A DNA stretch of 32,035 nucleotides, from the NCBI RefSeq assembly GCF_006345805.1, contig NW_021829616.1, forward strand, positions 1 through 32,035, read 5' to 3'. The stretch is from Octopus sinensis. Its lineage: Eukaryota. The translations under genes were made by a program, and so were the position numbers. The notes under the pieces are model-generated. The model worked only from the letters and a program-made list of their open reading frames with translations. It made no database searches and had not been told where the DNA came from. This document shows positions 21,295 to 32,035 of the stretch, piece after piece; within the stretch, counting starts at the first letter, position 1, and the number at the start of each line of letters is the position of its first letter.

Positions 21295-22693
21295 TGTTTC
21301 TTTATTGGCTACACAGGGCTGAACACAGAGGGGACAAGATACGAAGTAGAGCTTTTCTTTTTGAGAAGGAAAGAAATAAGGGGGTGGGTAGAATTTCGAT
21401 CAATAGGGATCGTGTATCACAGAAGTGTCACAATGTAAAATGGGAAATAGATTAGGTTTATTCTTGGAAAGAAAAGCCTTCGGAAAAGACAACGGTAACC
21501 TCGGGCAATAATGTCATGCAAAAAACACATTACAGCAAGTGACTCTCTTTTTTTCCTTTGTTTTTCTGGTTCATAGGACTATGCTCAAGGTGGCTCCGTC
21601 ATTCACATGCGCCATCCTTACTACATTCACCCATCCTTTTTTGAAACCTTCACTAGACAAAATTTCCCTCTCTACTCTCACCTTCCTCTTCAAGTAAAAC
21701 TTGAAGAAGTTGATGAGAGATTCATCAGAGTGGAAAGTGTTTGTCTCTAGACCTCTAAGACGCGTCCAACATACACATTCTTTCGCCATAGCCACAAGTA
21801 CGATGAAAAAGGTTCTTCCTTCCAGTTTCAAGGAAGGAGGCGCAACAATATTCACGATAGACTCGGTTCATAAACTGACTCGTCCATACGCGACAGCAGT
21901 CGTTCTACATAAGCCCACAGTTTGGAAATGGTTGGACACTGTATGGGTGCGTGCAGAACGGTTACGTCGCTCTGACCGCATCTCGGGAAGGTTGGCCCCA
22001 TGTTTCTCGAGCCGTGCCCGTAGAGCTTATTCCGAACAGGTCGCGCTTCTCGATAGTACTACCAGGCCAGGCATCTCTGGAAGTTGTCCAGAGGTTCCGG
22101 CTCGAAAGTCGTCTTGAACACGCGGGTCAGGTATTCCTCGTCAGATTGTCGTCGTACCTCCCCTCCACTAATCCCCTATAGAATGCTTTGGTTGTGTTGC
22201 AATCGCTCAAGGTCGACCCGGGACGGCATAGTTGCTCGAGAGCAAAGCAACACTCGCGGTGCCATTCGCCCTTCCTCGGCCTCTTTTTGATCCACGACTG
22301 CAGTTCGGTCATGGAGACGAACTGCGAGAAAGTGCGCCTCACAAACGGCGACCACACCTGCTCACCGTCGTCTACGTAGAGCCGGAGATGTCGTAGTCAC
22401 AGCGCGTGTCAGCGCATCATCAACCACGGTATGCCCAGCTCGCCTTTTAACGGGTGTTGGCAGCAAACGGATCGCCTGACCATCGGAACGCATCCTTTCC
22501 ACAAGAAGCGGAAGTGTATGCGTTCCAGTTTGGTGATGGAAGGCACGACGGTCAGGTGGTAGTAGATGACGGATGCGATGTACGTGTTCGCCACCTCGTC
22601 CTGACCTTTTAGGGACAGCTTCCTCTCAACCCCTTGCCAGGCGAGACAGACCACCCTACTCGTTATCGTGTTCCAGTTCTCCGTTTGGAGGTC
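21295..22693 (-). mobile_element. 5'-truncated L1/Tx1-type LINE (ORF2 C-terminus plus 3'UTR), frameshifted
   Basis: NWNTITSRV..WQGVERKLSLKGQDEVANTYIASVIYYHL..LERIHFRFLWKG..P.VRR..P.KGELGIP is the post-RT L1/Tx1 motif. FPRCGQSDVTVLHAPIQCP is a degenerate CCHC knuckle. The ORF ends at 21571, and the 3'UTR ends AATAAAGAAAC. Confidence 0.9.
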
Positions 22694-22726
22694 AGATAGA
22701 TGGATAGATAGATAGATAGATAGATG

Positions 22727-22817
<91 letters not shown>
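22694..22817. repeat. (AGAT)n microsatellite at the 5' truncation junction of the Tx1 element
   Basis: Direct reading. Confidence 0.95.
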
Positions 22818-23127
22818 GGTATTCTTAAATTTTCCTAGTTGAGTACTAGCGCTTGGCAGATATTTTCATCCTCTATGTAAGAGAAGATTTTTGGAGCGGT
22901 ATATAATCACTCTTAGTTCGTCCCCTTTCCACATTCTGGTTACTTCATATTGAATCCCACATAGCCGACTGCTACTTCGAGGAATGTTTTGTAGGAACAG
23001 TCTCTTACATAGGTTGAATAAGCGTGTAGTTTCAGAAGCATCTTTATGTCCCAGAGCGATAGTGTACAGTACATATAAGCACATTTTATTTATTTGTAAA
23101 AAAACCCCCAAAAAGTAAGGGTGGAAC

Positions 23128-23512
23128 AATAGCTTGTTTACCAAACAAATGCTGTGTGATTGAGATGTTCTGTCTCACTGCGTGGCACCTTGAGCAAGTG
23201 TTTTCTACTATAAATTTGTGCCAACAAGTAGAAGCAGGTGAATTATGACTGACAGAATCTATGCGTAAGCCCACCATGATTCTGAGTATTTATATATGTC
23301 TGTGTGAGATTGTGGATATGTGTATGAATGCGCGCGCGTGTGTCTGCGTCTGTCCTCCACTGCTGGACAACTGGCTTTAGTTTGTTTACGCTCCCATAAT
23401 TGAACTGCTCGTCAAAGGAAAAGCAAGCGATTAAGTACCAGAGTTAGAATAAATACTGGGATCGATTTGAGCGACTGAACCCTTCGCAGTCCATCACTGA
23501 AACAAGCAAAAT
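23128..23512 (+). mobile_element. SINE family B, degenerate
   Basis: TAGCTTGTTTACCAA, GCGTGGCACCTTGAGCAAGTGTTTTCTACTATA, GGGATCGATTTG..CTGAAACAAG. Confidence 0.75.
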
Positions 23513-23849
23513 CATTAAAGAATATGTATATATTCGAGAGTTATCCTTTCATTTTAAATATTTCTCATACACTTTGGTCAGAATCCCAAATAAGTAGTAT
23601 TTAATTGCAGCGCATTCGCTTGCGTACACGAATTAAGATTAGCTTTGTATAGTTCGTATATGTCTAGCCGCCACATAGATCACTTCAATGAAACTTTTCT
23701 CGGAAGATTTATTCACAATTGCGATAAAACAGGATTTTTCGACCGTATATAGGTTACCTCTGTTACACTTGTATAGTTCTAGTCGGATCGCTGTCGCCAT
23801 CACCCTTTGAAATGATAAAAGTGAGCATGATACGATGATAACTAGAAGT

Positions 23850-24780
23850 CAGAAGTGATGTTTTCACACTTTGTGTATATGCGTACGTTGGGCTGAACCT
23901 CACAGAATGGAAAAAGATAGTTTTGGGTAAGATGTACTCAGTGTATGATGTGTGGAGTTGGATGCTTTCTTTGTCGGTTACTACTTACAGAACCATCATG
24001 GTTGAGAGATCCAGGAAAGGAGGATTTTGAAAAACTGGGTAGAAGTAACTGGTACGAGGAATCCTATCAGAAAGATATGCTGCAGTTTGGGAGGCGGAAA
24101 GGTTTGCGGGTTGCGTGGGGTATGGAAACCTCCTTAACGATTTTGATGAAGATCTTACACGAGATGTACTAAGACAATTATTTACCTTTTAGGAATGGGT
24201 ACTGCTGCAGCTCAGCAATGAATAAACCACTTGCGAGACTACAGGTTGCGGGTGGTTTACGGAGAGTCATTCTTAAGAGAATGGTTTAAGTAACATACCT
24301 TGCTGCTTCTAATGGGACTTGTGTAAAACATTTAGAGCCACCAAGATTAGTTTATATCGAACAGGCCGAGTATCAGAGATGTGGGGATATGGCGTAATAT
24401 GCGAATGTTTGGTAGTTGCATTAAGTAAGGATTCGAACAACCTGAGATACAGAGACTATGATAATTTTAAGTTAGGTCTGGAAGTGAGAAAAGGATCAAG
24501 GGTATTTGGAGAACGTGTGTTTGTAAGGGATGTATGAAGGAAATGAAATTATTTCATGTAGAAAGTGAAGGGATGTGAAATATCCCGCTTCTACAGCAGT
24601 GGTACCAATACGGGATAAGTGTAAAAGGCAACGAAGATCTTGATTTCAGAGATGGATGTAGTAAAATAAATGTTTTTGATCCAGGAAGAAGAGATTGCGT
24701 TCTTGTTGACTGGTGGAATTTGAAAAGAGCTGAACGATACAGATGTATTTTAGTTGTGAAAGAAGCAAATACTGGACCAG
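23850..24780 (-). mobile_element. Highly degenerate retroelement relic, probably Penelope RT palm/thumb
   Basis: Fragments LHPSLKSRSSLPF and YKHTFSKYP*SFSHFQT*LKIII.SVSQVVRIL.*C resemble PLE HP.LKFT..LPFLD and YKPT.SH.YL..SSHP..K..IP.SQ.LR...C; later DRIP and FQNPP. There are many stops and frameshifts. Confidence 0.45.
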
Positions 24781-24977
24781 ATTAACTGAGCAGCTATGCT
24801 CTGATTTTTGCCTAATCTCTAATAAAATTCACAAAATTGTCTACATTGGTGTGCTGGAAGTAGGTAGGGAAACGTAAAGTTTCAGGTAGAATTTTCGATC
24901 GGAGGAGAAATAAAGAGAGGAACTCGTTATCCCTAAACGGTTTTCTATTAATTTATAACTTAATATTTTCCCAGTTT

Positions 24978-25190
24978 GGCGGCGAGCTGGCAGAATCGTT
25001 AGCACGCCGGGCGAAATGCTTAGCGTTATTTCGTCTGTCTTTACGTTCTGAGTTCAAATTCCGCCGAGGTCGACTTTGCCTTTCATCCTTTCGGTGTCGT
25101 TAAATTAAGTGCCAGTTGTGTACTGGGGTCGATCTAATCGACTGAGCCCCCTCCCCCCAAATTTCTGGCCTTGTGCCTAGAGTACAAAGG
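24978..25190 (+). mobile_element. SINE family A, young full-length copy with 16-bp TSD
   Basis: AATATTTTCCCAGTTT at 24962-24977 and 25191-25206. A-box-like TGGCAGAATCGTT and B-box GAGTTCAAATTCC. The central GCCTTTCATCCTTTCGG.GTCG.TAAATTAAGT.CCAG block resembles the MetaSINE domain as I recall it; this needs alignment. Confidence 0.95.
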
Positions 25191-26529
25191 AATATTTTCC
25201 CAGTTTATTTTGTCATAGATTCATCTTTGTCATGGTTTACATATTTTAGTTATTATTTTTGCTCCAAATAGACCTATGCCCTTATTTGTTACAGCTCAGA
25301 TTAATGTTGTACTTGAAGTGTAATATTTTACTCTAGATTTATTCTCGTTTACTTCGGCCCAGTTTCCCTGTCGTTCTATTTACTCTCGGCCTAGTTTTCC
25401 GTCACTGACTAATGGAAAAAATTATTTGTTTTCTAGTCTATACTTATTCACTCCTGACACCATTATTTTATACTTCATTAAATCAATTCAGCCTCTAAAA
25501 ATAGTTTTTAAACCAGAAGAGACGTATTTCTTACGTCTTTCTTATTTTATTTCCTCATGTAATTTTTCTTTGCAAGTCTTGAAATCTTCTAATTAATGAC
25601 AGCATTCTGCGATTGCGTTTAGTTTAAACTTTGGTATTATCTTTAATCCGGTTTACAATCAAACAAATCTAAAACTTTTAACAAAAGACCTAGTTATGTC
25701 GTAAGGGTTTTCTTTAATCTCGCAAGCTACTTTTCTGTTTTTGTTCTTTTTTTTTTGTAGCTCCCAACACCACGCCAACATTCAAAGATTTCTCACGTTG
25801 TTGAACTCAATTTCATTCAATGTTAATTTTACTCGGGTAGACAGAGGAAAAAGGAGAGAGTGACAATTACAGGAAAACAAGGAGACAGCGAAAGAGAAAG
25901 AGAAAAATAGAGGGAGAGAGAAGAGGAGAGAATGAGAGATGAAAAAGAATAACAAAGTGTGATGCAGAAAAGGGCAAAATTGATAGAGCAAAAGATATAG
26001 AGAGGGACAGAGACACTTTACTAAACACTTGAATGCTAATCAAAAGAGATTATTAATGCTGGTTGGTGGTTGTTAATACTTTTACCATTTCCTTTGTTCC
26101 CGAAATTGTCCTCCTGGTATTTTACTGCAGAAATCAAACTAAAATCTTAACAATGCTCGGGTGAACATGATCTTTACATCTGATAATAAGATATTGTGAC
26201 AGCTGTCTACTTGCTCTAAAACATTGGCGACTGCCAAGAAGACTCAAACGTCTAATTGATTGTGTGCAATCGTATCATGCATACAAACAAATGATTTTTA
26301 ACTTTTCCTAAATGCTTGATTTAATACTAACGACACGGAAACATCCGATTTCCTTTCCCATATTGCCTTCATTTGATCTCGTCATCAATACTGGGTGAAG
26401 AACGATAAATTTAATATAGTTTTGACAATGAAATATTTTAGTTTAGTACTTCACCCTACATATAGGCAAATAATGGAAATAACATCATTTTTTGTCTTCG
26501 TGTGTGGTATACATATGTTTATACACACA

Positions 26530-26570
<41 letters not shown>

Positions 26571-26824
26571 AACATATCTATATATATATATATATATATA
26601 TATACTGGTGGTATATAGATATATATATATATATATATCTATATATATATATATTATATATATATACACGCACACATATATACGTGTACATATATATGGT
26701 GTGAGTGTGTGTGTGTGTGTGTGCGTGTGTGACTGTGAGTATGTACAATATATATTTATATGTACATATATGTGTATTCATACACATACACACGCATATA
26801 TATACATGTGTGTATATATATATA

Positions 26825-26969
26825 GGCATAGGAGTGGCTGTGTGGTATGTAGCTTGTTTACCAACCACATGGTCCCGGGTTCAGTCGCACTGCGTGGCAC
26901 CTTGGGCAAGTGTCTTCTACCATAGCATCGGGCCGACCAAAGCCTTGTGAGTGGATTTCGTAGACGGAA

Positions 26970-27024
<55 letters not shown>

Positions 27025-27228
27025 TGTGTGTGTCTGTGTGTCTGTGTTTGTGTGTCTGTGTTTGTCCCCCCCCAACATCACTTGACAACCGATGCTGGTG
27101 TGTCTACGTCCCTGTAACTTAGCTGTTCGGCAAAGAGACCGATAGAATAAGTACTAGGCTTACAAAGAATAAGTCGATTTGCTCGACTAAAAGCATGCCA
27201 GAGTCAAATGACTGAAACAAGTAAAAGA
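26825..27228 (+). mobile_element. SINE family B (CORE-like, octopus OR-type), full length with internal (TG)n
   Basis: GGAGTGGCTGTGTGG head, GGGTTCAGTC B-box, GTGGCACCTTGGGCAAG CORE-like block, GTCAAATGACTGAAACAAGTAAAAGA tail. Confidence 0.9.
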
Positions 27229-28320
27229 ATATATATATAATATATATGCATACACACACACACAAATATATGTGTTATGTGTGTGCGTGTTTCTACGTAT
27301 GTATGTATGTATGTATGTATGTATGTATGTATGTATGCATGCATGATAGTGTATATGTATGTTGTTGTTTATGTATGTATGTTTTGTATGGGTGCGTGTA
27401 TGTATATGCGCTGACATACAAACATAAGCATTTAAACACTCATAGCTAGAATGTCATTGAACTATGTGACTTTCTTTTATAATAATTTAGTGATTATTCA
27501 GATTAAGTTCGTAGTATTAATCACATGACGGTGCTTGACGCCCCACCCCAACCCAGTATGATTCCTGTCTCACTCTTCGTCGATTATTTGTAGGTGAGGT
27601 CATATGACCTTATAATTCGTTTTCCGTTCCTCTCTTTTGGCTCTTTCTCTGTCGCTTTGATATCCACAAGGTTCTCTCTTTCTCTCTATCTTTCTCTTCT
27701 TTCATTTCCTTTTATATCTTAGCAACACACACAAACACCCCCCCCCACACACACACACACACGTATGTACGTACAGACTCTCAGAAAGCTAATTCTGTTT
27801 TGTTCCTTTTCTTCTCCATTCTTTCGCGCGGTACTCTTTAATATTCAGGCTCACAAATATTAATATGAACGAATATTTGCATACGTATTCTTAACACGTC
27901 TAGGCAGGTTCTGACGCAAAATATGCTTATCGCTATAGTGTACGTCAAAGGAGAAAACCTACTCTCTTTTATGAGGATAGTATGTTCGGCACACTCGACT
28001 CATTAACGTAGAGGATTCTGACACACCGGTATCTCGAAATTTTGTGTACCATCAGCTGGAAGTACCCCTCGAGTTAGAGTTTAGTCAAGCAGCTGGCCTT
28101 TGTTTTATATTTTTTCAGAGAACAAAATGTTTGCTGATCGGTGCATATAACTGCTAATCGATATAAGATCGTTATTTGCACCATGTACAACGATCTGTAA
28201 CGAATATTTGCATATGTATTCTTAATATATCATTATAAATATTTATATATGATTGTCCCTAAAAACAGGAAACTTTGCCCGCAGCTTTTTATGCATTCCT
28301 CCTAGACTGGGGAACTACTA

Positions 28321-28588
28321 TATCACGTGATCACGTGACCGACCTGGCTATCAGATGTTGCTACACATCGCCAGTCACAACGCGTTTTTGCTTTGTTTTA
28401 GCCTTCAAATGCCGCCATTCTGCTGGCTAAGCAAACAGGCCAACATTCCCCCACCCCGAAAGAGAGACTGGAGAGATGTGAAACAATGTGTTTTGCTCAA
28501 GAACACAACGCACCGCCCAGTCGGAATATAACCCTCGATCTAGCATTCGTGAGTTCAACAACATAACCACTAGGCCACGCACCTTCAC
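28321..28588 (-). mobile_element. Third tRNA-derived CORE-like SINE family with (ATCACGTG)n tail
   Basis: Reverse complement: GTGGCCTAGTGGTTA A-box, GGGTTATATTCC degenerate B-box, GTTGTGTTCTTGAGCAAAACAC CORE-like block, ending GGTCACGTGATCACGTGATA. Confidence 0.8.
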
Positions 28589-28790
28589 TACTATATATAT
28601 ATATATATATACACACACACATATAGACACATATAGATATACATATACGTACATATGCATACACACACACGTACTAACCACACGCATGCACAATATATGC
28701 ACACACCTAACAAAACACTGGCGTCGTGTACTAGACCCGCAAGAATTTAAATGAATGCACGAAATTTCCTATTTTGTTGCAATTTTGTTG

Positions 28791-28838
<48 letters not shown>

Positions 28839-29029
28839 ATACATACATGGTGGCTGCCCCCTCGTTATCGAGTATGGCCATTGCACGAAGCTTAATCAAT
28901 GTTGTTATCGTGCAATGCCTGTGCAAGAAGACTTTTTTTAAAGTGAGGAAAGGCTGTACACTTAGTCAATCCCACTCACTAAGCAACAGCAGTCATAATC
29001 CGAAAAGAAGAACAAGTCAACATCATCGG

Positions 29030-29400
29030 TAACCACTGAGCTGCAGGTTTTATGTCGGAGTTATCCCAGTTACCTGAGTTACCTTCTCCTAGAAAGTTGC
29101 CCTAACAAAGGCTAGGAGTCCTTCACTCCCAATGGCTTAACCGCGCGATCGGGTATTCAGTCCGATTATTTCTATGTCCCCGCGCATGATACATCCTTAA
29201 GACATTTATTGGATGACCGTTGACTCTCAAGAGTTCCTCCGTCCTTTGACGGGTTTTGTTTTTCATCCTGCAGTGTGTCCAATAAACACCCTCCTCCCCA
29301 AGCAAGCTTGGTGGGGTTGCCGGTTTAGTCACCGACGACCCGACCATGTAACAGGTTGTACTGGGTTACATGTTACCAGTAGCACTCGAAAGTGACCTGA
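29030..29400 (-). mobile_element. RTE-clade LINE 5'UTR-like fragment
   Basis: Reverse complement contains AGGGCAACTTTCTAGGAGAAGGTAACTC (29077-29105), resembling the RTE 5'UTR motif GGGCAACCAGTCTAGGAGAAGGAAAACTC as I recall it, preceded by ACCGGCAACCCC. Confidence 0.55.
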
Positions 29401-29722
29401 CATATTATTATACATACATACATACATACGTGTGTGTGTGTATGCATTAGAAAAATATATAGTATTATTTAAAGATGAGGGAATATTCATTGTATTAAAA
29501 TGGCATAATTTGACAGTAATCCAGGGAAATTTTTAAAGATGAAGAAGTTCAACAACCCAGGGATTTGACCGGGAAGTTATCAGTGCAAATAGCAATGCTG
29601 AAGACATACTCTGCCAGAATCCCTGAACCGTCGCACATAACTAACGGAGGAATGGAGTCGAGGGGTTTAATGAATGCTGCAGTCAGATGGATCACGTGAT
29701 GAGGAGGTGGGAAGAGACAGAT

Positions 29723-29771
<49 letters not shown>

Positions 29772-29958
29772 ATGGAGAGAGGGAAGACCAGATGTACCTT
29801 AAAAAGCTAGACTTACCTCAAGTGACCTCAGGTTGTAACCGCTTTATATTTATGCTAAGTAATCTTTGGTTCACCATGTGTGTGTGTGTGTATACGTACA
29901 TGCATGTGCATACATACATATATACACATACATACACATATATATAAATGCATATATA

Positions 29959-30490
29959 CCGTAAATCCTCGAGTATAGTCCGCTCTTGAGTATAATACGC
30001 AGGGGATTTTTAGGGGGCTGTACCTCTAAAAAACTTAAACCTTGTGTATAATACGCACCCCTTCTCTAACTTCAGTCAAGGAGGCCTATATAACGTCCCT
30101 GGTTTGTAAAAATATATACGGTAATGTCCTTTATTTTTGCCTTCTTGTCTTCTTTATCTGTGGTATCTGTTATATGGGAATGTAAATATGTTTGCAAATT
30201 GTTTTTGTTACATGTTATTCTGTGTTCTGAATATTTATATTTTAATAAATGTTGCTTACTGGAAGTTATGGATGATTCTTTTATGACTTCATTGCTTTCA
30301 GGCTTAGCTTAAGGTATTTTCGCGCCAGACATCACAAAATGCGTCTGAATAAACATTACTGGACAACAAATAGAGACTCGATCATTGCTTGGAAAATATT
30401 TTTCCTTTTTATCCTCGTATATAGTACGCACTAGGGATTTTGACCTTTAAATTGTGGGAAAAAATGCAGATTATACTCGAGGATTTACGG
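29959..30490. mobile_element. Tc1/mariner superfamily (pogo/Tigger-like) MITE, 532 bp
   Basis: Perfect 19-bp TIRs CCGTAAATCCTCGAGTATA/TATACTCGAGGATTTACGG with TA on both sides, plus subterminal GTATAATACGCA repeats. Confidence 0.92.
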
Positions 30491-30499
30491 TATATATAA

Positions 30500-31510
30500 T
30501 GAATAAGGTGGAGTTTAGTTCACTTGTGATCTAAACTAATAGGTATGCTGAGTAAGTGCTATAATTGGTCATCTGTTCGGTTCCAAGTTCACAGCTGAGG
30601 CTGTATATATGAGGAAAAGGCAAATCCAAGGCAGAACGAGTATCTGAAGTCATTTAATTAGGGTAAAGTGAATTTGAAGTCTTACAGCCGTTTCTGGGAT
30701 AACCCAAGTGGTAGTTTATCCTGTCCACGCACTGGGTATACCGTCAACAGAGACAAGGTATGAATATTTTAGAGAAATGAAATTTACTGTTTACTAGGAA
30801 TAAAATATATTCCCAGTTTATAAGGAATAAAATAGGAAAAAGGTAGAATACAGGCGGGATATAAATGATGGTCGATACTTTCATGATGGTACAGGTTCTT
30901 AGTTAAAATCCCAGGCAAATCCAGGCGGTAATTTGGCAGTATTTTGAATGATTTAATAATATTGAAGCGATATATAGTATGTAAATGTGTATATAGAGCG
31001 AAAAATATAGACAGATATGGGTTTTGTAAGTGGGTGTATATATGAGAGAGAGAGTGGGGGAGAAAGAGAGAAAGGACTAAAAATAAGATAGGGGAAAAGG
31101 GTAAAAATAAGAATTTTAAAAAATAGTTAACGATAGAGTTATGTTAGTATTGCCACGGGGTGAGAGGTCAAACGTTAAAATTTTAGTAAAGTGGGGTTGG
31201 AAGGCCATTCTAGGTAAGGCCACAAAGACAATAGTTTAGTGCAGATATTTAAAATTATATTTCGAGCTTAATAGCAATTAAATGATACGAGAGAAATGAT
31301 TAAGAATTAAAGTTAACTCAAAGATTAAAAACTCAAAACCTAAACTTAAAATACAAATTAAGAAAATTAAAACCTAAAATCTACAAAAACTAAGATTATT
31401 CATAGAAACTAACTAGAAATGACTTGAGATACTAGTTCTGCCGAGGTTTTGCATTTTCTCTGATATAATATCATATATATATATATATATATAATATATA
31501 TATAATTGGG

Positions 31511-31552
<42 letters not shown>

Positions 31553-32035
31553 AGGAGGTAGAGGAAAAGAAAAAGAAAAGAACAAAAAAGAAAAAAGTGT
31601 GTGGGTATATATATAATATATACTTATACATACACACATATACATATATACACATGCATACATACACACACTCATATATGCACATATATATATACACATA
31701 TAAGCATACATAAAGGCGCACGCATATACATATGTGCATATACACAGACACACACACACATATATGTACACATATATATTGTAACGACTGTGGATGGGTG
31801 TTATGCGTTGATTTTGTTTGCACTTGGACCTATGGAAGAATTTAAAGTGCGATAGAACCTATGGCAATATGTAGAAAAATCTTTTGCGGTGAATTATGTA
31901 TTAAAATTCCGAGGGCTTCTTTTAGACATAATCCACAAGTAGATCGCTGGTCTTGGTATGGGACCCCAGAATCTATTATCGCCCAGGATATTATATGGTA
32001 TCTTACTATTTATTACATGGTGTATGTGGTGGCTA
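30500..32035 (-). mobile_element. Penelope-like element 3' end (GIY-YIG C-terminus, microsatellite interruption, 3' region with degenerate hammerhead); continues beyond the window
   Basis: 32035-31842 reads ..HHIHHVINSKIPYNI/SWAIIDSGVPYQDQRSTCGLCLKEALGIL with one frameshift, matching the PLE Y.I.W.I....Y....C.LCL.E..IL pattern. A hammerhead-like motif lies at 30679-30754. Linking both sides of the 31465-31780 microsatellite is inferred. Confidence 0.7.
30679..30754 (-). ncRNA. Degenerate type I hammerhead ribozyme motif
   Basis: GUCU CUGUUGA ...GGAUAA..UUAUCC CA GAAAC GGCU GUA AGAC. Stem I is GUCU/AGAC with a GUA cleavage triplet; core A6 is changed to U. Confidence 0.55.

Noticed and set aside
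22866-23144. 92-aa minus-strand ORF in mostly unique sequence
   Set aside because: No recognisable domain; its start lies in a SINE remnant and there is no clean acceptor. Chance cannot be excluded.
24978-25065. SINE heads as functional tRNA genes
   Set aside because: A/B boxes are present, but there is no complete cloverleaf, and each head runs into a SINE core and tail.
26131-26160. 30-nt phase 2-2 plus-strand micro-exon candidate (NQTKILTML) with a good acceptor
   Set aside because: The donor GTGAAC is mediocre and the peptide too short to assess. Only RNA-seq could support it.

Overview
AT-rich, microsatellite-dense eukaryotic intronic or intergenic DNA. The SINE families resemble those of octopus/coleoid cephalopods; this is inferred from remembered family sequences, not from a search. 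I recognise no intact host gene or RNA gene, and nearly all tracked ORFs are microsatellite artefacts. The window is a mosaic of mobile-element relics: at least two clear and two or three weaker Penelope-like (PLE, RT/GIY-YIG) relics, a 5'-truncated Tx1-type L1 flanked on both sides by (AGAT)n, a non-autonomous Helitron inside a PLE ORF, a Tigger-like MITE, a mariner end, three long foldback/palindromic elements, an RTE-type 5'UTR, and about 20 tRNA-derived SINE copies or fragments from 3-4 families. Three observations stand out. (1) A short element joins a tRNA-type A-box head, an (AAC/AAT)n linker, a minimal type I hammerhead ribozyme and a tandem-repeat tail (16739-17016, minus strand). (2) A SINE shares its 3' 41 nt (35/41 identical) with the 3' end of the Tx1 LINE in the same window. 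(3) That Tx1 element appears to have inserted into an (AGAT)n microsatellite. A few weak plus-strand candidate exons are noted.
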